Assembly: GCA_964019335.1 (NCBI GenBank)
Contig: OZ025658.1
Coordinates: 186,001-250,000 of the forward strand
Direction of reading: 5' to 3'
From: Diplonema japonicum
Taxonomy: Eukaryota > Protista > Euglenozoa: Diplonemea
Length of the DNA stretch: 64,000 nt
In this document: one piece after another, positions 13,001-24,024 of the stretch
Position numbering within the stretch: the first letter of the stretch is position 1
Layout: the number at the start of each line of letters is the position of its first letter
Program-made: the position numbers and the translations under genes
Notes under the pieces: model-generated
Told to the model about the DNA's origin: nothing
What the model saw: the letters and a program-made list of their open reading frames with translations, nothing else
Databases searched by the model: none

Positions 13001-15334
13001 CCTTTCCAGTTTTAAGGGCGGTGCTATAGCCGCCTCTGTGAAGATACCCACACCTTTGTCCTCAGGTGCCCTCTCCTCGTCTCTGGCCTCCACCCATTCC
13101 AGCGGCTTGTCTGAAATCTTCAACGGCAACGGGGATATAATAAACTGAGGCTTTACCACCAGTTTCACCTCGGACACAGCGCTGAAGGCCTCCTCAACTG
13201 ACTGGAAACGTGCGCCCCTCTCGACGCTGCACAAGGCAGGGTACCAGAGTGTTATCGTCAACATGATACGCCGCGTCACAGCAGACGATACGCTGCCCAC
13301 GTACTTGTACTGTATAGTGTTGATAAGGGTGTCGATGGCGCTGAGAGTGACACCCTCGCTGAGCGGTACGGTTACGCAGTCCTCATCCTCTGCTGTAGAG
13401 TACGACCCAAAGGGTGCTGCGAAGCAGTCGCGGCCCGTTTGGCTGGCAGGGTCACAAGTGGCTTCTATACTCCCTCCCATGATGCTCAGCCGCGTCCCTG
13501 TGTCGCAGAGCCAGAGTGGTTCTTCAAGCATTGGGTCGGAGGATGGGAAATACTGCAGTTCGCCGCAAGGTTGCACGGCGGGCTTGCCCTGTGACTTGTG
13601 CCCGTAGATCAACGCTTCGTTCCACCGAACAGCATGTGTTCTCACTGCATTAGAAGCGATCGTGAGCTCTTTTTGAAGCTCCGCGCGCGCTTTGTTCATT
13701 CGCTGCCTGAGGGTGTCCAAGGCAGCCATTTTATTTGGAGGTATCAAGTCATGGCTAAGACGCATTTTTAGGTCCAGAGGTGAATTCCCTTGCCACTTCG
13801 AGTTGAAGAAGACTCTCGACACAGTGCTTTCCGTGATGGATAACAACGGTGCTGCACTCCACGACACAAGCAGCTTGGACTCCCAGTGTGCTAAGCTGCT
13901 CTTCGCTCTGCTGACTGCTAAGTCCACTGCGGCCATTTCATCATAAACTGCAAAGGCTGCAGCTTCATCAGCATAGTGCACCTTCCTTGCCGTTTCCTCT
14001 TTGACTTCTTTCGCCATGCGTTCTCCCTTCATTTGCCTCTCTCGTCTGTACATCTCAACCATGTCGCGCTCTTTCTTGCAGAGGGCTTCATACTCCAGTC
14101 GCCTCTCTTCGGCCTCCTGCTTCCTTCGTTTCTCTTCTTCTGCCTCCTGTCGCTGTCGCAGTCGCTCTCCGGCCTCTTCTTGATCCACTGCCGCCACTTC
14201 CATCAGCCGTTCTAGCCAGGTAACACGCGCTGCAAAGGTAGTGTTTCGTGTTGAGGTCTCCTCGTCTGCCACCTCTTGCAAGGCTTGCTCGTTCTTTGCC
14301 TTGCGCGTCTTCTCGAGGCGTCGTGTCGTGTTCCAACCTTCCTTCTCAGACAGCTTGTTGAGTCTCAGCGACAACATGAATAGCAACAGCACTGTGTCTC
14401 TCCCGCTGCCCTCTGCCCTGAGGAAGGCTTTCCTGATGGCTGCTTGTTCGTCGTTCATAATCTCCATCCGGCAAGTCTCCTCAAGTGCTACAAGACGGCG
14501 CTTCTTCTCCGCACGCCGTGCCTTCACGATGCGTGTGTACTCTTTTTTTTTCGCGAGCTTCCAGTCCACAGTGTGCCGCATGCGCAGCTGCCTGTGCTCC
14601 AGGGCGTACTCGTTTAACATTGCGGAGTACTCTGCCATCTGTTCCTTACGCGTGGCTTTGGCGCTCATCTCGAAGAGCTCCTCTTGCTCGGTGTGAAACC
14701 TGCTCAGCTCCTTCGCTCTGAGCATTTCATAGCGCTTTGTTTGGTGTCTTAGGTTTGTGTCAGTGCAGGCCGACAGCTTTCGCAGCATGGCGGGTGCTAC
14801 GAAGGTGTTGTGGAGGCTGATATGCGTGACGTTCCTGCCTGCTGTGATTGTGTCGAGGAGGAGCTGCGCACCTGCGTCCGTGATGGGGTTGCTCGATAGG
14901 TCCAGCGATGTGATGGTAGGGTGCGCGTGTAGTGTGCACGTCACTGCGACGACGTCTGCGTCAGCCAAGTGGTGCCCGTTGAGGTCGAGCCGTGTCATGT
15001 CCCGCCTTGCGATGTTGATGATCCTCTGCAGGTTCGACTTGTTCCCAGATAACACTTGCAGTGCAGTCGCCGCAACCTTTTTGTTGACCACTTTCCTCCG
15101 CTTCTGCTTCGGAACCGCCTTGCTAGCCACCACCAGCGAGGGGGTCCAATATTCATACTTGTCCCGCCGAACCTTTTCGCTCCCCACCTCGCTGAACACC
15201 TTGCTGCCCGACACTTCGGGGAAGTAGCAACTCACGATGCCCGATTCGGATGTCAGTTCCTCTTCAATCTTGGCAAGCCTCTGCATGGGGCCCTTGGCCT
15301 TGTGCAGCCAGCTGGGCTCCGGTAGGTCAACCAT
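10070..15334 (-). CDS. Large protein: RNI-like LRRs, coiled coil and repeated Ig/cadherin-like modules; join(10070..10357,10415..15334)
   Basis: LDLSSNPITDAGA LRRs, EE..R coiled coil, and D.D...F.GG.L repeats. ATG 15334 lies just after a likely acceptor AG. Intron 10358-10414 is in frame. Confidence 0.8.
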
Positions 15335-15443
15335 GTCTGGCAACACATGTGAAACACCCTGTGAATAATATTTTCTTTTTTTTATCAAAGAAAAGAAAAA
15401 CGAATGTATCAAACACGTAAGTTTCACCCCCTTGATTGGAAAA

Positions 15444-16163
15444 TCAAGTGATGGCAGGGAGGGGATCTTGCTTGAGAGTATGCAGAACGTTACGGAGGTG
15501 GGAGGTGAATGCTGTGCCGCGGGTGGTGGTGTAGGAAGTAAGCGAGTTAAGAGTGAGGAGGCCAGAATACTTTTTTTTGAGCATAACAAGGTGGGCTTCG
15601 TACGCATGGGCACTCGCTTGGGCAGCGAAGCTAGCTTTGCGAAGACGAAGGACTTCGTTGAACTGCTCGTCTGTGACCCAATCAGGTTTGTACTGACCGA
15701 GATTACTCGGGTCGAGTTCACTCTGTGCTTGCTTCACACCCACGCGTTTTCTCGTAGATATGTCAGGAAGGGAACAGGTTTCTGGGCAGGAAAACACTTT
15801 GTGAAGAACGTCTATCCCACGCTCTCGCCGCTTCCTCTCCCCTCTGTCCTCAGTAACAGACGCCCTGCGCCCTGCTCTGATTTCTGCCAGCATTTCCGCG
15901 AACCCGTTCGCCACGGTCTCCACCTCCTCCTCCTTGATGCGCACTCTGGACTCAAACGCCTCTATTTTGTCTCGTTCCTGGTCCACCTTCTCCCTCACCT
16001 GTCCTTGTCGTGACCGCCATTTCTCCAACCGTTTTTCGTTGCTTTCCAACAATGACTGCTTCCACTGTATCTCTTTTTCTTGAAACACTACAGCAGGAGG
16101 GGCTTTGGGCACGTGGGTTGGCTGTTGAGGCTGCTCCTCCACCGACGGCTTCCTTCCTTTCAT
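15444..16163 (-). CDS. Hypothetical coiled-coil protein (239 aa)
   Basis: ATG-initiated ORF with coding-like composition, collinear with its neighbours. Confidence 0.7.
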   Translation of the reverse strand: MKGRKPSVEEQPQQPTHVPKAPPAVVFQEKEIQWKQSLLESNEKRLEKWRSRQGQVREKVDQERDKIEAFESRVRIKEEEVETVANGFAEMLAEIRAGRRASVTEDRGERKRRERGIDVLHKVFSCPETCSLPDISTRKRVGVKQAQSELDPSNLGQYKPDWVTDEQFNEVLRLRKASFAAQASAHAYEAHLVMLKKKYSGLLTLNSLTSYTTTRGTAFTSHLRNVLHTLKQDPLPAIT

Positions 16164-16498
16164 TTTCCAGTTTTTCCTAAAATTCAGTTAGTTTTCATGT
16201 AAGCATGAAAAACAAACAAAAACAAAAAAAAAATAATAATAAACGCTCCATATCTCGAAAACCCGATACTTGTTTTTTTTCTTCTTCTCCCCCCCTTTTC
16301 TTTTTGCAATTTTCTCCGATCTAACGGAAGGGGGGTCAATATCGGGTTTATATAAAAAGGCTAGGGAAGAAGCGAAAAAAAAAAAAAATCAACGTTTTTC
16401 CACCATGAGTAAGTGGGCATGCATTGGTCCTGGAAGTTCCACGTGGGAGTCGGCGGGCTTAAGAGCGAGTTGCCCCATCTCAACCTGCACACAGCCAG

Positions 16499-16543
<45 letters not shown>

Positions 16544-16602
16544 AAGAAAGGAAAAAAAAAGGGGGGGTTCATAAAAAAAATAAATAAAGAAAGAGGCCTT
16601 AC

Positions 16603-17778
16603 TTAAAAGCGCTGCTTCATTGTCTCATCGTGTCGCTCCCAAACCCTCACGAAGTCTTCAAAAAGGCTCTTCGGGGTCTTGTCGGCATCACCGTGGGTCT
16701 TCTTCAAGCCATCGACGGCCGATCGGTAATCCTCATAAGACCTAAACATACGCGGCCCCGGGCGGATCCTTTTAACCAAGGCCAAGGTATCCCGCTCAAA
16801 CTCACGGATCTGAACGGCATGGGGCATCAAGGAAGCCGAGGGGATCTCTCCCGACTCTGAAAACCCGTGTAGCCCCGTGGAGATTTCTTCAAGAATCGTT
16901 CTGTGGGCCACGGTGGCTATCCAATCGGATGGAATCTTCTCAACACCGTAGTACGCCCCCGCGAGCATCCCGTAAATGGCAGCAATGGTATCAGTGTCCT
17001 CACCAAGGTTCACACAGAGAAGAGCTCCGGACTTGAAGCACTCTGTGGAGTAAAACGCCCATAAAGCGGCTTCCAAAGCATGGAGGACCCAACCCCCCGC
17101 ACGTATCTCGTCCCTGGTTTTTGTTTTATACGATTTGTCGACGACGATAGCTTTGAGACCATCTGAGAGCTCGCCTTGAATGGACACCGTTGGGGTCAAA
17201 ATAGTTTCTTTATCTTCATTTTCCAAGGCTGCGATGATCATTTCGGTGTAGATGGCACATGCTTTGACGGCGTCCTTGCCACCGTGGGTGGTTTTTGATG
17301 AGTCTTCTGCGAAGATGATAGCTTGTTTGAGATTGTGTCGGTATGCCAGGGGAATGGGTGCGATACGCATTAAGGAGCCGTTTCCGTTGGCTTCTTCGGT
17401 TGTCGGGCCGTAGAAGGTTTCGGGGGATGGGAGTTTTTCTCCGTCGTTAGTCGCGCGACGCCAGAGGCCTAGTGCTTTCACCGTGCATTTCCCGATATCG
17501 AAGGCATCGCCGTTTGATGACATATGGCCTGTTTCGTACCAGTTAAGGTACCTGCACATCTGGTCGTCGGCGTTGAAGCCGTTTCTCAGGAGGCTCTCTG
17601 CCATGCACAGTGCCATGGATGTGTCGTCGGTCCACTCCCCCGGTCGGAGGTCGAATTTGCCTCCGCTCCTCATTCCTGTTACCTCTTCGTAGCTGCCTCT
17701 TGCTTGGAACTCTACCACCGCACCAAGAGCGTCACACACAGCCATCCCCAGTACACATCCTTTGTACTTGTTCTCCAT
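16603..17778 (-). CDS. ADP-ribosylglycohydrolase (ARH/DraG family)
   Basis: Motifs G.A.CDALG, WTDDT, GNGSLMR, S..TH and GEDTDT.AAI.G.LAGA.YG. Confidence 0.93.
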   Translation of the reverse strand: MENKYKGCVLGMAVCDALGAVVEFQARGSYEEVTGMRSGGKFDLRPGEWTDDTSMALCMAESLLRNGFNADDQMCRYLNWYETGHMSSNGDAFDIGKCTVKALGLWRRATNDGEKLPSPETFYGPTTEEANGNGSLMRIAPIPLAYRHNLKQAIIFAEDSSKTTHGGKDAVKACAIYTEMIIAALENEDKETILTPTVSIQGELSDGLKAIVVDKSYKTKTRDEIRAGGWVLHALEAALWAFYSTECFKSGALLCVNLGEDTDTIAAIYGMLAGAYYGVEKIPSDWIATVAHRTILEEISTGLHGFSESGEIPSASLMPHAVQIREFERDTLALVKRIRPGPRMFRSYEDYRSAVDGLKKTHGDADKTPKSLFEDFVRVWERHDETMKQRF

Positions 17779-17938
17779 GGAAAGTGGTCACCCTTTTTCT
17801 TTTTTGGTTTTTTTTTTTTGATTTTGAAAGAAAAAGAATGGGGAGGGGGGATAGGTCAATTATTATGAGGGAATGTGGGGGGGGGGGGGGGTTTCTTTTT
17901 TAAATCTTCTTCTTTAAAAAAAAATCTTTTTTTTCTTT

Positions 17939-18038
17939 TTACACATTTTTGTCTTTCGAGCCATTTTGCCCACCGAAACCCAGTGCTAGGTACATGCCGA
18001 ACAGGAAGAAATCGAGGACTAGTGCGCAGATGAGACCC

Positions 18039-18070
<32 letters not shown>

Positions 18071-18294
18071 TTTTTTTCCGTTCTTTTTTTTTCTTCCTGT
18101 TCCCAACATACTTTTGTGACAATTTTCACAGGCTCCGGCTCTTGCGACGAGGGTGGGTCAAAGAGGGTGGTGTCCATTTGGTAAAGTATGAAGACCCCTA
18201 TGATGCATGCCACCATTTTAAGGCATGCTTTGAAACGGAGGTTGGTGTCGCTGAAGATTGGTGTGAGCGCACAGTGTATGAGGAAGAAGAGCAT
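17939..18294 (-). CDS. Small membrane protein; join(17939..18037,18112..18294); 5' end uncertain
   Basis: GTATGT..AG intron 18038-18111 joins ...KIVTK to GLICALVLDFFLFGMYLALG..., giving several hydrophobic segments. Confidence 0.55.
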
Positions 18295-18397
18295 CTTTTT
18301 TTTTTCCCCCTCCCCTCTCTTTTCTTTTTCCCTCCTTCTCTAACAAACAAAAAAAAAAATGAAAGAACTGATGGACACACACAAACACATATCATCC

Positions 18398-18932
18398 CTA
18401 TTCTTGAGGACCACGTCTGAAGGGCCCGCCAGGGTATGCATTAGATCGCTGTAGCTCCAAGGCATCCCTGGTGAGAGGACCCTGCCCGCCTAGCTTCTGC
18501 CAAACCCAGTTTTTCATCTGCCAGATTTTGGATTGTTTGTCCTCTTCAAGCTCTCGTTGCTGTTGCTTGAGGTACTCTGTGAACACGTCTTCTTTGAATT
18601 TGACGTCTTTCTTCCATGTATCGAACCCAGCTCGTGTAGCTTGTTCGTTCACAGCCTTCCCGCGGGCTTCCTTGTCCAGTTCCATTTCCTTTTCTTGTTC
18701 CTTCCAAAGGTCTTTTCTCTCGAACCACTCCCTCGAGATGGTATCGGCGGCCGGCCCCACCCCGGCGAACCGCTTCTCCAAAGCCTCTCGTATCCGATCG
18801 TCCGTTTCAATGATGTAAATCCTGGGCTCAACCTCCCCACTGGGATCAAGGCTGAGGTTCACCAAAGCCATGGACACAATATCATCCGGTTCGCACCAAC
18901 CTTCCTGCACCATGATCGCTTTGTAACTGGGT

Positions 18933-18968
<36 letters not shown>

Positions 18969-19687
18969 CAAATTTTCCCATACATGTTCAAAACCACATG
19001 GTAATAGTTCAGATGTGAGTACAAAAGAAAATCGAGGGGTTGCTCTGCGTACCGCGTCTCCCCCACATCCGGGTATACATCGAAATCATTGTGGCACACA
19101 GGGTAGATCAGAACAAGCTTCCTATAAGCGATTTCGGTAACATGCATAATCTGCGGTACGACCCCACCTACCTTGTACTTTGGTGAAGCAACGATGAGTT
19201 CTCCTGTGTAGTACGAGTAGACTCTTCGGGTGAAGTAAGTAACGACTTTTCGCCAGGCGGTGTAGTACTTCGGCAGGAGGTGGTCGATACCAGCTACTTC
19301 CCACTGCATGGGGGTGGATAGCTTCGAACCTGTATAGTAGGCTGCTGAGTACTCACGGAGCAGCATGGTTATGTTCCAGAGGCCGATTTGTTCCAGCATG
19401 AGCTCCTCGGTTGTCATATTTTCGGTTTTTTCATTGAGGAGCTCGTAATCTTCCTTTGTTCTTGGTAGGAACCCTGGGAAATATTGGTCAGCGAGCCTTT
19501 CTACAGAAGGGTACCTCTCGTTGCACATTGTGAAGGTACCTTTTGAGAATTCTGCAACGATCGGTTCGTCGATTCTGGGGTGCATGGCAATTCTCTCCTC
19601 CACAGGGGACGACCATTTCTTCAACAAAGGGTACCTCTTGTCTACCAAGGACATGTCAATCAGCATTTTCCCATTGCGTTTAAACAT
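18398..19687 (-). CDS. Probable degenerate PD-(D/E)XK exonuclease-like protein; join(18398..18926,18984..19687), 410 aa
   Basis: Intron 18927-18983 joins two ORFs in frame (LNYYHVVLNIYKAIM). Motif spacing recalls phage/giant-virus exonucleases. Confidence 0.65.
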
Positions 19688-20255
19688 TTTTCTTTCTTTT
19701 TCTTTTCCCCCCCTCGCACCCCTCTTTTTTTTGTTTTAAAGGAACGGAATATCTGAAATTTTAATTTAATAAGAACCGAATTTTTTTTCAAGGGGAGGGT
19801 GGTGGCGGAGAATAAAGACCATCCCATCATAATCTATGCAAGGGTATCAAGGGACAGTCTTTTTTTTTTTGAAAAAAAGAGGGGGGAGGGAAAAAGAAGA
19901 GGGAAGAGTTGTGGTTAAAATTGGGGATTTAAAAAAAAATGAAAAAAGAAGAAGTTTGGGGGGGGGGGGGGGGCAAAGGATTTTTTCTTTTTTTTTCCCT
20001 TAGAGTTTAACGGGTAACTTAGTAAACTTTTTTGTTTGCCTTTTTTTTTCTCCCCCCCCTCTCTCATTTTTTTTTCTTCTCGGGATAACGTTGTAGCAGG
20101 GGACACTAACCTCAAAAGACTCACCCGAACTTCTTTGTGTGTACACTTTCTTTTTTTTTTTTTTTTTTTTTCTTCAAGAAGCTCGGGTAAACCTTTTTAT
20201 AACTGGAAATAAATAAATAAATAAAATAATAATAAAAAACTCGTACTCGCCCTTT

Positions 20256-21394
20256 TCACAACAACACCCCTCCGGACCCTCGCGTGTTTTTCGGCCACAA
20301 GACCTCTTCCGCATCATGTTTCAATCTTACCAAGTAATCGTCTACCCAATCCTGTTTCTGATATTCGTGCTGCAGCTGAGCAACAAGCGAGTAGTTAGAT
20401 CCTTTTGGACCGAATGCACCCGCAATTCGCTGCGCAGCCTGCTTGGGGAGAACCTTAGAGAGAGTCTTGTCGATGAAGGCAACGGCTCGGACTACCTTCC
20501 CACCGCAGTCGATGGGCAAGACAGCAATGGCAGTCTCAGGTCGGATTTTCGTCTTGGAAATGTCAACGAGAACGTCCTTATCAACCTTATACACAACACC
20601 GAGAGCAGAGGCAATGGGGTCAGCTTGCAAAGAGCACACCAGCCCAGGGTGGTGTTGAGTTCCCCAATTAGTGGAGTCGGCAGTGCAGAACATAACCTGG
20701 AACCCTTTCAAAACACCCATTTGTGCGGAGAAATATTCTTGAGACACATCCCACATATCCTCCCCAACAGCGAAGTAAGGAACGTAAGACCCCGTTTTGA
20801 AAGATTCGAGAATTTTCGAAATATCGTGGACGCCGAGCAGCGACGATATTTCGGTGTTGTGCGGGTACCCTATTTTCGCCAAATGGGATTTTCCCACAGC
20901 ATGGTCCAGCCAGCATTGTGGTGTGACCCATTTCCCGCAGGGGTCGCAGTGGAACGACCCGGCTGTTTTCCGTTCGGCTTCTTGGCAGGATAATTTTTCC
21001 TGTTCGATGAAGGCTTCGTCTTCTTGCTTGCCTAGCATGCGGAGTCGTTCCTTGTGTTGAGCGAAGGCGACGTGGGAGAGGAAACCGTGTGGGGCAACTA
21101 GCATTTCGCATGCCGAGCAGTCGTACTGTACCCCACCTGAATAGACTTTCCTGTATAGGTCTCTTGGGTTCACATTTCCGGAGTTTCGGTGGTACTGGTA
21201 GTCCAGCACTTTCTGCTTCTTCTTCTTGTCCTTGGTGTCTATGACGCGGCGCATTTTCCTATCTTTGGCGACCCTAAGTTCCCGTGCACCCTCCTGTTTC
21301 AAATATTCGATTAGCTGTGAGGGCACGTGTGCGCCGGTGTCTTGAAACTTCTTACTCTGTAAATGGTCTAGGGCTGTCACGGCTGTTTGGCACT

Positions 21395-21444
<50 letters not shown>

Positions 21445-21535
21445 TTATTTGTACCTTTGTTCCAGTCGCGTGGACGTTGTACGCAGAGCCGGTGTATGTA
21501 TAAATGTGGTTGTTTTGGTAGGTCGCTGTTGCCAT
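20256..21535 (-). CDS. Two U1/matrin-type zinc fingers plus ChaC-like gamma-glutamylcyclotransferase domain; join(20256..21392,21455..21535)
   Basis: Two CxxC...H...H fingers; WGTQHHPGLV and GPKGSNYS ChaC-like motifs. Intron 21393-21454 is at the same position as in the paralogue. Confidence 0.8.
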
Positions 21536-21655
21536 ATGGTAATTTTCTTTTTTTTTTCCCCCTCTCTCTTTTTTTTTTTTTTTTTAAACGGGGAAAGGGG
21601 AGGGGAAATTGGGGTTTTTTTTTTTTCGAAAAAAAAAGAAGAAAAAAAAAAAAAA

Positions 21656-23566
21656 CTATTCTTTAAGGTATGCGTTTTTGCGCTCACCGGCCGCGCTGTA
21701 CTTAGTCCCCGTTCTGGGGGCTCTGGCGGGTTCCTACTGCGGTGGTAAAACTGCGGGGCAGCCTTGTCCCTGCCGACAACTGTAATTGCTATTGTTGTTG
21801 CGCCGGCCCTTGGGGCAGCAGCAGCGGGGTGGTTGGGTGCTGCGGGTCGACCGCCATCTGCGTGGGGGTGCTCGCTGTGGACCTCGCACCGGACTCGACA
21901 CCTTCCCGCCTTTCTCTTCACCGCCTGCCGTTCTCTTCCTGCTGCCACTGCTTGTCAGCGCAACCGCCGCCAGCTCGGTAAGCTGCTGCTCCACCTCCAT
22001 CAGCCGGGCTTGCGTTCGCTCTGCTCCTCCTGCATCCGGACAATCTTGTTCAGTGCGTCCCGCAGCGCCTTCGACATGGCCTCCTGGTCAGCCTGTCTCC
22101 TCTGCTGTTCGTGATGGAGCTTCGCCATCGTCTCCCCGTGTCGGCGATCTTTCTCCGCGAACTCGGCCTCCTTGGCCTGCCACCACGAGTGGAACGACTG
22201 CTCAGCTTCGCCGTCCCGCTTCGGTTGCTTGGCAGGTCGAGGCTGCGCGGCGGTTCGTAGGGGAGGGAAGTCATTCGACTTCGTGCTCTTCTTTGCCGCA
22301 GGTGGAGAGGCTGGCGTCGGTTTCCTCGGCCCACCCCTCGGTCCCGCTGTGTCGGTACAGGGTGTCCAGGTCTGCCCGGGCCACCACCAGGCATAGCTCG
22401 GCGCAGCCGTCCCTCGTTGACCCCGACCTTGGCTCGACCCGTGCTGCGCATTTGCTCGCAGCCCAGCGGACGAGGTCCCTCCTGGCGCTGTGGAAGTCCT
22501 TTCTGGTCTTCTCTACCAGGTAGACCTCGGCGGTACAGCTTACCACCGCGGGGACCGTCGTCGCCTGCTTGACCTGCTTCAGCGGAGGGCCGCCCTTCGC
22601 GGTCACCCACAGCCTGCGGACACACCTCCCTTTGCCGCCGTCGGTTGCAAGAACCACCTGCTCTTGCTCTCCCTGCATCGTGGGGAGCTTGCTTCTGGAC
22701 ACCAGGGTGGGACCGCTTGTCGCCGGCGTCCATCAGCCACAGCGACGCTTCCTTCTCCATTCCTGCCGGCACGAGCAGGACTGACCTCCTGCCCACCTGC
22801 GGCGTCCAGTCACCAGAGAACGCCTCCCAGCCGTTCGCCACCAGTACCGCGTCTTCCTTCGGCTTCGTCTCGCCGTCTCCGTCCTTGGCCTTCCGCGCGG
22901 CTGCAGCTGCGGTCGCAGCCGCCTTCTTCTTCGCTCCCTCGCTCAGGTAGGGCATAGGGACCTTCGGGTTGTTGTAGGTCCCCGCCGCCGGGAGCTCCGT
23001 GCCCTCGCGCACCTCCAGCGTCACGTAGTGAGCGGCTACGAACCCCAGGTATATGGGGGTGCTCACTACGGGGTTGCGCGCAGCGAAAGACGTGCACAGC
23101 AGCTTCCCTTCTTTCACCTGGTAGCAGGCCAGGTGGCGCCGACATACCTGGCTGACCGCGAGGAGCTGCAGGATGCTCCCCATGCCCCGTCCCTCGCTTG
23201 CACGTACTCCCCGTAGCGCTCTGGGGCGTATAATAGCGCACTGTTGTCGGTGGCTGCCAGATGGCTGGCCACCAGCTCCCTCAGTGCCCCTCCAGCGGAG
23301 GTGCCCTGGTGGATCGCTACCGAGGTCGCTCGTAGAGGCACTCTCCTTCAGTTTTGGAGTAGTCTCTGATCGAGACTCCACCTCCTAGCTTCGCCAGGAG
23401 CTCGGCCTTCGCCTTGCTCACCTCCCCGTTCGTCCCGCGGCCGAAGCCTTCGCCGTTGCCACCCCCCACCATGTGGCACCGTTGCCCGGGGTTCAACCTC
23501 GAGGAGGTCGCTCCCACCGCACTGGACGTCGATGATGTTGTTTAACCCAAATTCAAGAACCCCCGG
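21656..23566 (-). mobile_element. Internally deleted non-LTR retroelement: 5' HDV-like ribozyme, frameshifted OTU-like protease ORF, 3' end AGAATAG, flanked by poly(T)
   Basis: The 3' 113 nt (21656-21768) are near-identical to the end of the RT-bearing element (48640-48760). T14 runs flank both ends on the sense strand. Confidence 0.85.
23437..23563 (-). ncRNA. HDV-like self-cleaving ribozyme at the element 5' end
   Basis: P1 GGGGUUC/GAACCCC; P3-L3 ACC-UCCUCGA-GGU; J1/4 GGGCAAC; P4 UGCCAC/GUGGCA; J4/2 GGCGAA; P2 GCGGU-GGGAGC/GCUUCG-GCCGC. Confidence 0.85.
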
Positions 23567-23949
23567 AAAAAAAAAAAAAAGGGCAGCCGACAAAAGGTTC
23601 GTGAAGGAAGGGAGAACAATTAAAAAAAAAAATTACTCCTAGAACTTGACACTACACGAACACTTCCAACTGGTACCTTTTCTTTTCTTTTCTTTTTTTT
23701 TTCTTTTGAGAGAAATATTTTTCAAAGGGGGGGAGAGGTTTCCTTTTTCTTCTTCTCCGGTTCTTCTTGTTTCCCCTCCCCCTCCTTTTCTTTGGATTTT
23801 GAAAGGGGGGGGAAAAACAAAAAAAAAGAAGGAAGAAAAATACCTCAGATCCCCGTTTGAAAAAAAAAAAAAATATTTCCCCCCACTCTTTTAAAGGCCC
23901 AAATCCCATATCCCATTTCTTTAAGCTTTACAACAAGAAAACACTACAC

Positions 23950-24011
<62 letters not shown>

Positions 24012-24024
24012 CTTCTTCTCCCGT

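Noticed and set aside
15335-15721. N-terminal extension of the 1787-aa ORF
   Set aside because: It overlaps the upstream 239-aa gene and crosses an intergenic T/A tract.
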